A stretch of 64,000 nucleotides of DNA from Deltaproteobacteria bacterium. Its GTDB lineage: Bacteria > Myxococcota_A > UBA9160 > SMWR01. The stretch's first letter is position 1; each line of letters begins with the position of its first letter. The position numbers and the translations under genes are program-made. The notes below the pieces were generated by a model. The model was not told the DNA's origin. It saw only the letters and a list, made by a program, of their open reading frames with translations, and ran no database searches. Below are positions 49,893-61,440 of this stretch, piece after piece. The stretch covers positions 32,001-96,000 of the forward strand of contig JAQBHB010000041.1 of NCBI GenBank assembly GCA_032128115.1. The letters are read 5' to 3'.

Positions 49893-52675
49893 TCAGAGAT
49901 CGGCGGGCTCGACCTTCACGGCGCAGAATTTGAACTCGGGGATCTTGCCGTCCGGGTCGAGCGCGTCGGTGGTGAGAACGTTGGCGGCCGCCTCGCGGTA
50001 GTGGAACGGAATGAATACGGAGCCCGGCTGCGTGTCGCGGCTCGTGCGCACCGGCAATGTCACATGGCCCCGGCGCGACGCCACCGTCACGAAGGCGCCG
50101 TCATTCACGCGCAACTTCTCACAATCATCCGGGTGCACCTCTACGAACGACTCGGGCTGGATCGACGACAGGGCCTTCGAACGGCGGGTCATCACGCCCG
50201 TGTGCCAGTGCTCGAGCACCCGGCCGGTTACCAGGATGAAGGGGTACTCGCCGTCCGGAAGCTCGTCGGCGCCGGTGTGCTCCGCCGCCACGAAGCGGGC
50301 GCGGCCGTCCGCTGTGGGAAAGCCGTCACCAAACATCACCACGGTCCCATCGGACTCCTCCGGGTTGGGGCAGGGATAGAGCTTTCCGGTGGATCCCAGG
50401 TTCTCGTAGGTGAGGCCCGCGTGCGAATCCGTGAGCGAGACCATCTCGTCGAAGATCTCACTGGCCGAGGCGTACTCCATGGGGTAGCCCATGCGGGTTC
50501 CAATCTCGCAGATGATCTTCCAATCGAGGCGGGCTTCGCCGGGAGGCGCGAGCGCCGGGCGACCCACCTGAACGCGCCGGTCGGTGTTGGTGAACGTGCC
50601 GGTTTTTTCCAGGGCGGTGGTGGCCGGCAGTACCACGTCGGCGAACTCCGCCGTCTCGGTGAGGAAGATGTCCTGCACCACCAGGAATTCCAGGTTCGTG
50701 AGTCCCTTGCGCACCTCGTTCACATTGGGCTCGGAGAGGAACGGGTTCTCGCCCAGCATGTACATGCCCTTGATGATCCCGTCGCGCGCCCCCTCCAGGA
50801 TCTCTACGGACGTGAGGCCGCTGCGCTCGTCCAGGCACGCGCCCCAGGCGGCTTCGAATCGCGTGCGAGCGGTGTCGGACGTAACCGGCTGGTATCCCGG
50901 GTAGCTCATGGGAATGAGTCCCGCGTCCGAGGCCCCCTGCACGTTGTTCTGGCCGCGCAGCGGGTGCAGGCCCGTCCCCGGACGGCCGATGTTGCCGGTC
51001 ATCAGCGCCAGCGAGATGATGCAGCGGCAGTTGTCGGTGCCGTGCACGTGTTGACTCATGCCCATTCCCCAGAACGTAAGGGCCGCGTGCGCGCTTCCGT
51101 AGGCGATGGACACCTCCCGAAGGGTCTCCACGGAAATTCCACAGATCCCGGACACACGATCCGGCGTGTAACTCGCGACGGTGCGCTGCACCTCTTCGAA
51201 GCCGGTGGTGTGCAGGGCGATGTAGGCCTCGTCGGCGAGGCCCTCTGCAAGGATGATGTTCATCATCCCGTTGTAGAAGGCCACGTCCGTGCCCGACCGG
51301 ATCTGACAGAAGCGCCAGGCATGGTTCGAGATTCCGCTGCGCCGGGGGTCCACCACGATCAACTTCGTGCCCTTGCGAGCCGCCTCCTTGAAGAAGGTGG
51401 CGGCCACGGGGTGGTTCGAGGTCGTGTTGGTGCCGGTGATGAGCGCCACGTCGGCGTTCTGGATGTCGCCGTAGGTCGTCGTCACGGCGCCCGATCCGAT
51501 CATCTGCAACAGAGCCGCTACCGATGAGGCATGACACAAGCGAGTGCAGTGATCCACGTTGTTGGTGCCGAAGACCGCCCGGATCAGCTTCTGGAACAGA
51601 TAGGCCTCTTCGTTGCTGCACTTGGCCGAGCCGAATCCGGCCAGGGACCCGGGCCCGGATCGTTCGCGGATCTCGAGCAGACGCCGAGCCACCAGGTCGA
51701 GAGCCTCATCCCAGCTGGCCTCCCGGAAGGCGGGCATCACCTGGTCGTAATCGACGATCCCGCCGGGCTTGCGCTTGCGGCGCGTCGAACTCTGCACTTC
51801 CGGCGAGAGCGCCCGCTTCGGATAGTCCACCCGGATCAAGGGGCGGGTCAATCGGTGGGGGTGAGAGGCGAAGTCGAATCCGTAGCGCCCCTTCACGCAC
51901 AGGCGTCCCTGATTGCCCGGGCTCTCGCGTCCGTCGACGAAGGCCACGCGGTTGCTCTTGCGGTCCACGTGGTAGGTGAGCGCACACCCGACTCCGCAGT
52001 AGGGACATACGGTGTCCACCGCCTCCAGCCGCTCGCGGGCCTGGATGGGCGCCGAGAGCGGCCGATTGGTGAGCGCGCCCGTGGGGCACGCGGCCACGCA
52101 TTCGCCGCAGCTCACGCAGCTGGATTCGCCCATGCCCTGATCGAGGTCGAAGGAGATGCGGGCCGTGTAGCCCTTGCCCGTGCGTCCGATCACATCGTTG
52201 TGCTGCACGTCGTCGCAGGCGCGGATGCAGCGGTCGCATAGGATGCAGGCCTGGTGATCGACGGCGATCACCGGAGAAGATGCGTCCTTTGGGCGGGGGT
52301 TTCCTCCGGGAAACCGGGCCTTCACGTCGTAGCGCCTGGCCAGGGCGAACAGATCGTCGTCGCCAGTGGTCTCCTCCTTGGGCGACACCCCCGGTTGCTC
52401 GGACATGAGGAGTTCGGTGAGCACCCGGCGGCAGCGCTCCACCTTCTCGCTGGCGGTGTGAACCAGCATGCCCGGATCGGCCATACGCACGCACGACGCC
52501 GCCATGACGCGGGCGCCCTCCACCTCGACCACGCACATGCGACACACCCCCACCGGCTCGAGCCCGGGGTCGTGGCACAGGGTGGGAATTTCGATCCCGG
52601 CCTGGCGCGCGGCGTCCCAGATCGTGGTGCCAGGAGCGACCTCGACCTCCCGCCCGTCGATGCTGAGGCGGACGC

Positions 52676-52679
<4 letters not shown>
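49893..52679 (-). CDS. fdhA: NAD-linked formate dehydrogenase alpha subunit (Cys type)
   Basis: N-terminal 2Fe-2S and two 4Fe-4S motifs, CPYCGVGC, DHCTRLCH, LRGQNNVQG, PEFK. Confidence 0.93.
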
Positions 52680-54244
<1,565 letters not shown>

Positions 54245-54268
54245 GCGGCCTGGGGCTCCCGGGCCCGG

Positions 54269-54274
54269 ATTATA
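54269..54274 (-). promoter_or_regulatory. Consensus -10 box (TATAAT) upstream of the FDH genes
   Basis: Perfect TATAAT in the 35-bp gap between mobA and nuoEF in very GC-rich DNA; no clear -35. Confidence 0.45.
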
Positions 54275-54279
54275 CGTCC

Positions 54280-54909
54280 TCAGTCGAAGCCAGCCGAGAC
54301 CAGGGCCTCCCGGTAGGCCTCGGGTGTGTTGCAATCGCGAAGGCTCTCGAGGTTCGGGTCCACGTCGCGAAGCTCGTCCGCCGTCACGATTCGCGACTCG
54401 AAGGCCTCCACGAGATACAGGGGGCGCAGCCTGCGCTCTTCCAGCAAACGCCGGGCAACGGGCAACACGTCGCGGGAGTACACCGCCGATGTGACCATGG
54501 TGTGTTCGCCGATCCGCGGCGCGGCGATCGGGAAGCCCTGGGAGAGCGACAGCATCCGCTCCACATACCCGGCCCGGAGCAGGGGAACGTCGCAGGAGGT
54601 CAGGAAGGCGCGCTCCGCCTGCATGGCCTCGAGCCCGGCGCACAAGCCGGCCAGGGGGCCCAGCCCCTCCTCCGGGTCACGCGCGACGCAATAGGAACCC
54701 GTCAACTCCTGTCCTTCGCGGGCCACCACCCAGACTTCCGACACCACCTGGGACACGATCCGAACGATGCGCTCGAGCAGGGTCTCGGGGCCGAAGGGAA
54801 GGCTGGCCTTGTCCCGGGCCATGCGACGCGAGCGCCCCCCACAGAGCACGATCGCCGCCGCCCGATGAACGGCCAGATCGAGGCGCGAAACCCGGGGGAC
54901 GCTGACCAC
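54280..54909 (-). CDS. mobA: Molybdenum cofactor guanylyltransferase
   Basis: LCGGRSRRMARDK, GPLAG, SCDVP, NTPE; start uncertain. Confidence 0.88.
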   Translation of the reverse strand: MVSVPRVSRLDLAVHRAAAIVLCGGRSRRMARDKASLPFGPETLLERIVRIVSQVVSEVWVVAREGQELTGSYCVARDPEEGLGPLAGLCAGLEAMQAERAFLTSCDVPLLRAGYVERMLSLSQGFPIAAPRIGEHTMVTSAVYSRDVLPVARRLLEERRLRPLYLVEAFESRIVTADELRDVDPNLESLRDCNTPEAYREALVSAGFD

Positions 54910-55009
54910 AACCGTATGGAAGCCACACGCGCACGTGAAGTCAACGCGGTCGACACCGATGCTATGCTGCCGCGCGGCGGACGCTGCGAGGCGAGAAGGA
55001 GCGAACTCC

Positions 55010-55951
55010 TTGGCGGACGGGTGGGGACGCGTCCTCGTAACGGGCGCCAACGGGAACCTGGGCCGTCGCCTGATCTCCCGATTGCTCCAACCCGGTCGCG
55101 GCGGAGCCACTTCCGTGTGCGCCGTGGTCCGATCCGAACGCGCGGCGGCCAGCCTGCGCGAGCTTCCCGATGCGGCGGACGCAGAGATCGAGATCGTCGA
55201 CTACCGCGACGAAGACGAACTGTGGCGCGTGGCCCAGGGCTCTCGCTTCGTGGTCCACCTGCCCGGCATCATCAAGGAAACCCGGTCCAACTGCTACGAA
55301 GACGTCCACGAGAAGACTTGCATTGCTCTGGCGCGGGCAGCAGCCCGCGCCTCGGTGGAACGGGTGGTCTATCTCAGCATCCTGGGAAGCGACCCGGACT
55401 CCGCCAATCGCTGTCTGGCGTCCAAGGGACGGGCCGAGCGCATCCTGCTGGAGGCGGCGACGCCCACCGTCGTGTTGAGGCTGCCGCTGGTGCTCGGCCC
55501 CGGAGACGACACCGCGCGCATGCTGCGGGCCGAGGCGATGTCGCGCCTGGTTCCCATGCTCGGCGGGGGCCACACCGCGACCCAACCGATCTTCTGCAAC
55601 GACGTGGTCGACGCAATCCTCGCCTGCCTGACCGGGCCCGGCCTGGCCGGCCGCTCGCTGGATCTCGCAGGCCCCGAATCGCTCAGCCAGCGCGAATTCA
55701 TCGCGCGCGCGGCAAAGCTCTGCGGCCGGGTTCCGAGGCTGCTGCCTCTGCCCGTTGGCCTGGTTCGGCTTTTGTTGGGGCCTTTGGAGCGACTGATGGC
55801 CGAGCCTCCCCTCACCCGTGAGATGCTGGGAGTGCTGCTCCACGACGACCGCGTGGATGTGGACGGCGTCTGCAAAGAACTCGGGATCCAACTCACGTCA
55901 CTGGACGAAATGCTCAGGCGGAGCCTGGGCCAGGAGGTCACGAAGGCATGA
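55010..55951 (+). CDS. NAD(P)-dependent epimerase/dehydratase (atypical SDR)
   Basis: TGANGNLG; AAGGAG RBS + TTG. Confidence 0.85.
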   Translation: MADGWGRVLVTGANGNLGRRLISRLLQPGRGGATSVCAVVRSERAAASLRELPDAADAEIEIVDYRDEDELWRVAQGSRFVVHLPGIIKETRSNCYEDVHEKTCIALARAAARASVERVVYLSILGSDPDSANRCLASKGRAERILLEAATPTVVLRLPLVLGPGDDTARMLRAEAMSRLVPMLGGGHTATQPIFCNDVVDAILACLTGPGLAGRSLDLAGPESLSQREFIARAAKLCGRVPRLLPLPVGLVRLLLGPLERLMAEPPLTREMLGVLLHDDRVDVDGVCKELGIQLTSLDEMLRRSLGQEVTKA

Positions 55952-56964
55952 GCGAACCCGGGTCCCATGCGGCGCCCAGCTCCGCGAAGGACGCCGCGAA
56001 GGACGCCGCGCCGCCGGGGCGCCGCCGGAGCTGGCTGCCCCGTCTGGTCTTGTGGGCGCTCACCATCGGCTGCTTCGTCTTCCTCTACTTCAAGATCGAC
56101 GGTGCTGCGGCACGCGAAGGCGAGGATGCCCTCGGCTACCTGGGCGGCGTGTTCGCCCATGTGGACTGGGTGCGCTGGCTGGCGTTGATGATTCCCTACT
56201 CGCTTTTCTTCTTCCTGATCGACACCGCCGTGGTGTGGCGCGTCATCAACTGGTTCAACGTGCGCTTGGGTTACAAGGATCTGCTGCCGATCCGCGGCAG
56301 CGCCTACATCATCTCGATCGTCAACGAGCAGGTGGGAAAGGGCGCCATGGCGCTCTACCTGAACCGCCGCGACGGCGTCTCGGGCTGGGAAGTCGGCTCG
56401 AGCATGCTGTTCATCATGTTCTGCGAGTTCTACTACCTGCTCATGTGGGCCACCGTCGGGTATGCGATTTCCAGCGATACCCTTCCGCCGGAGTTCGGCC
56501 TGATCCCCTGGTTGGCCCTGGCTGCAGCGGCTTTCTTCGCGGCCTGGCTGCTGTTCTTCCGGGGCGTGTTGGCGCCACGATCCGCGCTTCGCGAGAGACC
56601 GATCCTGCTGGCCTTTCGCAAGGCCCGCCTGCGCCACTACCTGGGCATCGTGGCCCTGCGCTCTCCGGCCCTGCTCTCGGGCGTGCTGGTCTACACATTG
56701 GCCCTGCGCCTGTTCGGCGTGGACGTGACCTTCCTCGAGATGTTGGGCTACGCGCCGGTGGTGTTCTGCTTCGCGGCGGTTCCCACGCCCATGCGCGCCG
56801 CGGCGATCACCCTGTGGGCCACCCTGTTCCCGGATAGCCCCGGAGAGATGACTGCCTTCGGAATCGTGCAGCACAACTTCTTCATCTTCTTCAACGCCGC
56901 CATCGGGCTGCTATTCGTGCGGCGCGCGAACCGGGAGTTATTCGGAAGGGGCGACGGCGCCTGA
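55948..56964 (+). CDS. Multi-TM membrane protein, probable lysylphosphatidylglycerol synthase TM (flippase-like) family
   Basis: About 8 hydrophobic segments; ATGA overlap with the upstream gene. Confidence 0.65.
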   Translation: MSEPGSHAAPSSAKDAAKDAAPPGRRRSWLPRLVLWALTIGCFVFLYFKIDGAAAREGEDALGYLGGVFAHVDWVRWLALMIPYSLFFFLIDTAVVWRVINWFNVRLGYKDLLPIRGSAYIISIVNEQVGKGAMALYLNRRDGVSGWEVGSSMLFIMFCEFYYLLMWATVGYAISSDTLPPEFGLIPWLALAAAAFFAAWLLFFRGVLAPRSALRERPILLAFRKARLRHYLGIVALRSPALLSGVLVYTLALRLFGVDVTFLEMLGYAPVVFCFAAVPTPMRAAAITLWATLFPDSPGEMTAFGIVQHNFFIFFNAAIGLLFVRRANRELFGRGDGA

Positions 56965-57486
56965 CCGGGTGCGCAGGAGAAGGCGCGCACGATCCCCGAT
57001 CGAGATCGCGGTGGTGAAAACGAGCCCCCAGGCGAGTGCCTCCACCCAGGAGGGGGGAGGCCACCCGAGGCCGATGGCGTCGCGAACCACCGGAATCGCG
57101 ACGATCACGTAATAGGCGATGCCGTTCCAGCGGCCCAACGGGATGGGGTGCACGCCCCGGGCCGCGAGAATCTCCGAGTCCAGGGCGTATTGGGCGAAGG
57201 CCACCGCGATCAAAAGGGGCAGCAGCCCCGGTAGAGCGCCGGCGAACGCCAGCGCAGCGGTGCCTGACGTGACGAAGACGGCGTCGACAGCGTGATCGAA
57301 GAGACCGCCAGCCGGCGAGGTCTCTCCGGCGCGGCGCGCCAGCCAACCGTCGGCGACGTCGCTGGCCACCGCCAGGGCGAAGACCAGACTGGCTGCCACG
57401 GCGGAGTCTCGCGCGATTGCCCACACCAGCACCGGCGCGAGCAGCAGGCGCAGCAGGGTGAGCGCATTCGCCGGCGTTGCCGTCAT
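56938..57486 (-). CDS. CDP-alcohol phosphatidyltransferase
   Basis: PANALTLLR, DVADGWLARR...GGLFDHAVD signature. Confidence 0.9.
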   Translation of the reverse strand: MTATPANALTLLRLLLAPVLVWAIARDSAVAASLVFALAVASDVADGWLARRAGETSPAGGLFDHAVDAVFVTSGTAALAFAGALPGLLPLLIAVAFAQYALDSEILAARGVHPIPLGRWNGIAYYVIVAIPVVRDAIGLGWPPPSWVEALAWGLVFTTAISIGDRARLLLRTRSGAVAPSE

Positions 57487-57587
57487 GGCACGACGACTGT
57501 ACCCGGCGCCGCGCATGCCTACCAAACGATCCACGCCTACCCAACATGGGTGGGACGGCTACCCTTCGCGCGCTCGGTGAACCGGAA

Positions 57588-58013
57588 ATGAAACAGACTC
57601 TGACGATCCTGATGCTGGGCCCGGCCCTGGCCTGCTCGGATGGCGCAGCGCCGCCGGCCGACGCCGCGGTGCAACAGGGAAAGACGATCTACGAGAACGT
57701 CTGCATCGTCTGTCACAATGCTGATCCCAACCTGGAAGGCTCGCTGGGCCCGGCCATCGCCGGCGCGTCGCGGGAGCTGCTCTCGGCCAAGGTGCTTCGC
57801 GGCGAGTACCCGATCGGGTACACGCCCAAACGCCCGGGGCAGACCATGCCGAGGCTCACGTACCTGGCCGACGGGATCGATGCGCTGGCGGCCTACCTGG
57901 CATCCGGGGCTCCCAACGCAAAGGCGGGGGGCGCAAAGCCCCCCGCCCTGGAACGCGTCCGAACCGCCGCTTCTACAACAGGATCGACTGGGCGAGATAG
58001 AGAACCACGGTGA
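57588..58013 (+). CDS. Monoheme cytochrome c, probable lipoprotein
   Basis: ALAC lipobox-like signal, CIVCH heme motif, distal MP. Confidence 0.82.
   Translation: MKQTLTILMLGPALACSDGAAPPADAAVQQGKTIYENVCIVCHNADPNLEGSLGPAIAGASRELLSAKVLRGEYPIGYTPKRPGQTMPRLTYLADGIDALAAYLASGAPNAKAGGAKPPALERVRTAASTTGSTGRDREPR
57915..57947 (-). terminator. Intrinsic terminator hairpin for the minus-strand PuuD-like gene
   Basis: ggcggggggc-gcaaa-gccccccgcc 10-bp stem, followed on the minus strand by TTTGCGTT. Confidence 0.6.
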
Positions 58014-58698
58014 CCGCGAGGCCCAGGTGGATGGTGCCGCTCACCTTGGTGAGAGGTTTCTGGGTCGCGGCTCCGGGGCCGATCAACCCATTCACTTCCA
58101 CGAGTCCGATCACCACCAGCGCCACTGCCCAGTAGAGGCCCAGCTGGCCGCCGCCCATGTCCAGGGCCGAGGTCAGGGACGGGAAGTGGCTGGCCGCCGC
58201 CATGAAGAACAGCATGGGAATCGAGAACAGGGTGTTGGTGCGCGAAGACATTCCCGCCGCGGCGCCGCGGCGGGCCGCCGTGGGATCCGCTTCGCCGCCG
58301 GCCGCCGTCTTCTCGGCGTTTGCGATCACCACCCTCTGGGCGGGCCAGATCACGAACCACACGTTCGCCCACATGAGCGTTCCCATGATCCCACCGGTCA
58401 GGATGCGAGTCATGTAGCCGGTGCCGAGACCCACGCCATCGTGGCCGAACTTCGTCAGCACGATCAACCAGCCGGTGAGAAACGTGAACATGGCGCCCCA
58501 GCGGAACCACCACAGGGCGTTGGGAACGAGCCCGCGGGTCATCGCCCCCTTGGCCGGGCCGCCCAGATCCGTGCCGAAGAACGGGGTCTGGAGGAAGTTG
58601 AAGTAGTAGAGGATCCCGATCCAGGTGATCCCGGCCAGGAAGTGGAACCAGCGGAGGAGGAAGTACCACCCCTCCATGCTGAAGAGTTCGAGTCCCAT
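57973..58698 (-). CDS. PuuD-like (urate oxidase N-terminal type) membrane protein lacking a cytochrome c domain
   Basis: LRWFHFLAGITWIG, WFRWGAMFT, MWANVWFVIWPAQR, SRTN..P.LFFM. Confidence 0.8.
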   Translation of the reverse strand: MGLELFSMEGWYFLLRWFHFLAGITWIGILYYFNFLQTPFFGTDLGGPAKGAMTRGLVPNALWWFRWGAMFTFLTGWLIVLTKFGHDGVGLGTGYMTRILTGGIMGTLMWANVWFVIWPAQRVVIANAEKTAAGGEADPTAARRGAAAGMSSRTNTLFSIPMLFFMAAASHFPSLTSALDMGGGQLGLYWAVALVVIGLVEVNGLIGPGAATQKPLTKVSGTIHLGLAVTVVLYLAQSILL

Positions 58699-58790
58699 CA
58701 CCTGTCCTCCCGTTGCGCAGGCTGCGCGGGGCGAGTGTACCGTCGAAGCAATGGATTTGTGGGATAGATTTGCCGGTTCGTGACGTCAGA

Positions 58791-59687
58791 TCAGCGCGGT
58801 GCCCAGCGCGGAATCCGCGTAGTGATCTGCCCCCAGCCCAGATCGCCGAACAGACTTTCGACGCCTTCCGGATCCGCTCCGCGATACGCCAGCGCGCGAA
58901 GGCTGGCCCGGATCCCCGGGACATCCCGGCGCACGGTGGCCAGCACACGGGTGCGCAGGGCGCGCTCCCGGTGCTCGTCGATGGCAGCAGCAGCGCGGGC
59001 GGCGCCGCGCACGCCGATGCCGTTCCAGCGCTCCGGGTCCGCGGGGATCTTCTCGATGCGCCCGAAGGCCCGCAGGGCCGCGGCAGCGGTCTTCGCTCCC
59101 ACACCCGGAACGCCCTTCAGGTTGTCCACGCTGTCGCCCATGAGGGCCAGGTAGTCGGGAATCTGCTCCGGGCTCACGCCGAATTTCTCGCGCACTCCTC
59201 CCGCGTCCCGGGTCTCGTCGCGCGCCAGGTCGTGCATCACCACCCGGCCGTCCTCGCGAACCACCTGGGCCAGGTCCTTGTCGGTGGTCACCACCACCAC
59301 CCGGGCCCCCTTTCGGGCAAGCTGGGCGGTCAGGGTCGCGATCACGTCGTCGGCCTCGAAGTTCTCGGCCTCGAAGGCCGCGATCCCCAGGGCGCGGCTC
59401 ACCTGGACACACAGATCGAACTGGGGTTCCAGGTCGGCTGGGGTCTCGTCCCGGTTCGCCTTGTACTCCGGAGCGATCTCGTTCCGGAAGCTTTCCATGG
59501 AATGATCGAAGGCCACCGCCAGATGACTCGGTCGCTTGTCGGTCAGGTACTTGAGCAGCGAGTTGGCGAAGCCGTAGGCCGCGTGGGTGGGTGTGCCGTC
59601 GGGCGCCTTCATGTCCGGCAGCGAGTAGTAGGCGCGAAAGATGTAGACGGACCCATCGATCAGGTGAACGACGGGGCCGCGAGCCAT
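58791..59687 (-). CDS. Stand-alone 5'-3' exonuclease / flap endonuclease
   Basis: LIDGS, AFD, YKANR, EADD, DKD, LMGDSVDNLKGVPGVG. Confidence 0.93.
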   Translation of the reverse strand: MARGPVVHLIDGSVYIFRAYYSLPDMKAPDGTPTHAAYGFANSLLKYLTDKRPSHLAVAFDHSMESFRNEIAPEYKANRDETPADLEPQFDLCVQVSRALGIAAFEAENFEADDVIATLTAQLARKGARVVVVTTDKDLAQVVREDGRVVMHDLARDETRDAGGVREKFGVSPEQIPDYLALMGDSVDNLKGVPGVGAKTAAAALRAFGRIEKIPADPERWNGIGVRGAARAAAAIDEHRERALRTRVLATVRRDVPGIRASLRALAYRGADPEGVESLFGDLGWGQITTRIPRWAPR

Positions 59688-59690
59688 GGT

Positions 59691-61418
59691 TCAGACCCGG
59701 GGCGCGAAGCTGCGCTCTTCCAGGATGGTGTCGATGATGGCCGACGAAGCCTTGTCCAGATCCACGCTGCGGCTCTTCGCACCCGAGCGGCGTTGGATTT
59801 CGACCTTCCCCTCTTCCAGACCCTTGGGACCGATCGTGACGCGATAGGGGATGCCGATCAGATCCGCGTCCTTGAACTTGACGCCCGGCCGCTCGTCGCG
59901 ATCGTCGAGCAGCACGTCGATGCCCTCGCCCTTCAGCGCCTCGTAGAGGGACGCGGCCGCTTCGCTGGTGCGCACGTCTCCCGGCTTGATCACGGTGATC
60001 ACCAGCTCGAAGGGCGCGATGGAGAGCGGCCACACGATGCCGGACTCGTCGTGGCAGCGCTCCACCACGGCGGCCAGGGTGCGTTCGATCCCGATGCCGT
60101 AGGAGCCCATCACGATGGGGCGAGATTTGCCGGTCTCGTCCAGGACGCAGGCGCCAAGGGCTTCGCTGAAGCGCGTGCCCAGCTTGAAGATGTGCCCCAC
60201 CTCGATGGCCTTGCCCACCGAGAGCGGCGTGTCGCACATGGGACAGCCCTCACCCGCCCTCACCTCGCGCAGGTCGAGCCAGGTCGCCACCTGGATGTCC
60301 CGGCCCACGTCGACGCCGCGCAGGTGGAAATCGTCCTGGTTGGCGCCCGTGGTCATGCCGCCGCGACCCTCGAGGGCCGCGTCGGCCAGGATCCGCAGGT
60401 CCGAAACACCCACCGCACCCAGGCTTCCCGGCGACGCTCCCAGCGCGGCCCGGATCTCCGATTCCGAAGCGGGCCGCATGTCGCTGGCGCCGGTGGCGTC
60501 CTTCAGCTTCTGCTCCGCCAGGGGGTGATCGCCGCGCAGCAACACCAGCGCGGTCTCGCCGTCGAGCACGTAGACGAGGGTCTTGATCTGCTGCTCCGCG
60601 GGCGCCCCGTCCTCGATGCGCGTCAGGTCTTCGATGGTGCGAACGCCTGGCGTCGCGAACTTCTCGGGGGCGTCGTGCGGCTCTCCGTCTTCCGATGTGG
60701 GGATCTGGGACGTCGCCTTCTCCAGGTTGGCCGCATAGCCGCAGGCGCCACACGACGCAACGTGGTCCTCGCCGGCGTCGCTTCCCACGATGAACTCCAC
60801 CGACTCGCTTCCGCCCATTACCCCCGACGAGGCTTCGACGGCCATGGTGTCGACGCCGCAACGGGCGAAGATCTTGCGGTAGGCCTCGAAGTGGCGCTGG
60901 AAGGAGCGGTCCAACCCCTCCGTGTCCAGGTCGAACGAGTACGAATCCTTCATGGTGAACTCGCGCACGCGCATGAGTCCCGACTTGGGGCGCGCCTCGT
61001 CGCGAAACTTGGTCTGGATCTGGTACCAGATCTGGGGGAGCTGCTTGTAGCTCCGCAACTCGCCCGCCACCGTGGCGAAGATCTCCTCCGCCGTCATGCC
61101 CAGAACCAGGTCGGTGTCCCGGCGGTCCTGCAGCCGGAACATCTCCTGGCCGATGGAATCCCAGCGACCACTGCGCCGCCAGATCTCGCCCGGGTGCAAC
61201 GCCGGGAGTCTGCACTCCTGGGCGCCCATGGCATTCATCTCGTGGCGTACGATGGCGGTGATCTTGTGGCACACGCGCATGCCCAGGGGCAGCAGCGAGT
61301 AGACTCCCGTCATGAGCTGCCGAATGAAGCCGGCGCGCACCAGAAGCTTGTGGCTGATGGCTTCGGCATCGGCGGGATCGTCGCGAAGTGTGGGAATGAA
61401 AGATTGGGACCAGCGCAC
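59691..61418 (-). CDS. proS: Proline--tRNA ligase with editing insertion
   Basis: FRDEARP, REFTMKDSYSF, EVGHIFKLG, MGSYGIG; GTG at 61418. Confidence 0.96.
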   Translation of the reverse strand: MRWSQSFIPTLRDDPADAEAISHKLLVRAGFIRQLMTGVYSLLPLGMRVCHKITAIVRHEMNAMGAQECRLPALHPGEIWRRSGRWDSIGQEMFRLQDRRDTDLVLGMTAEEIFATVAGELRSYKQLPQIWYQIQTKFRDEARPKSGLMRVREFTMKDSYSFDLDTEGLDRSFQRHFEAYRKIFARCGVDTMAVEASSGVMGGSESVEFIVGSDAGEDHVASCGACGYAANLEKATSQIPTSEDGEPHDAPEKFATPGVRTIEDLTRIEDGAPAEQQIKTLVYVLDGETALVLLRGDHPLAEQKLKDATGASDMRPASESEIRAALGASPGSLGAVGVSDLRILADAALEGRGGMTTGANQDDFHLRGVDVGRDIQVATWLDLREVRAGEGCPMCDTPLSVGKAIEVGHIFKLGTRFSEALGACVLDETGKSRPIVMGSYGIGIERTLAAVVERCHDESGIVWPLSIAPFELVITVIKPGDVRTSEAAASLYEALKGEGIDVLLDDRDERPGVKFKDADLIGIPYRVTIGPKGLEEGKVEIQRRSGAKSRSVDLDKASSAIIDTILEERSFAPRV

Positions 61419-61440
61419 CGTTCGCCCCCCTCGCCGGACT

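Noticed and set aside
55983..56010. 12-bp in-frame duplication (AKDA AKDA)
   Set aside because: It lies in a low-complexity N-terminal tail and is probably neutral.
61419..61440. T-box leader for proS
   Set aside because: Only 22 bp separate ilvE and proS.
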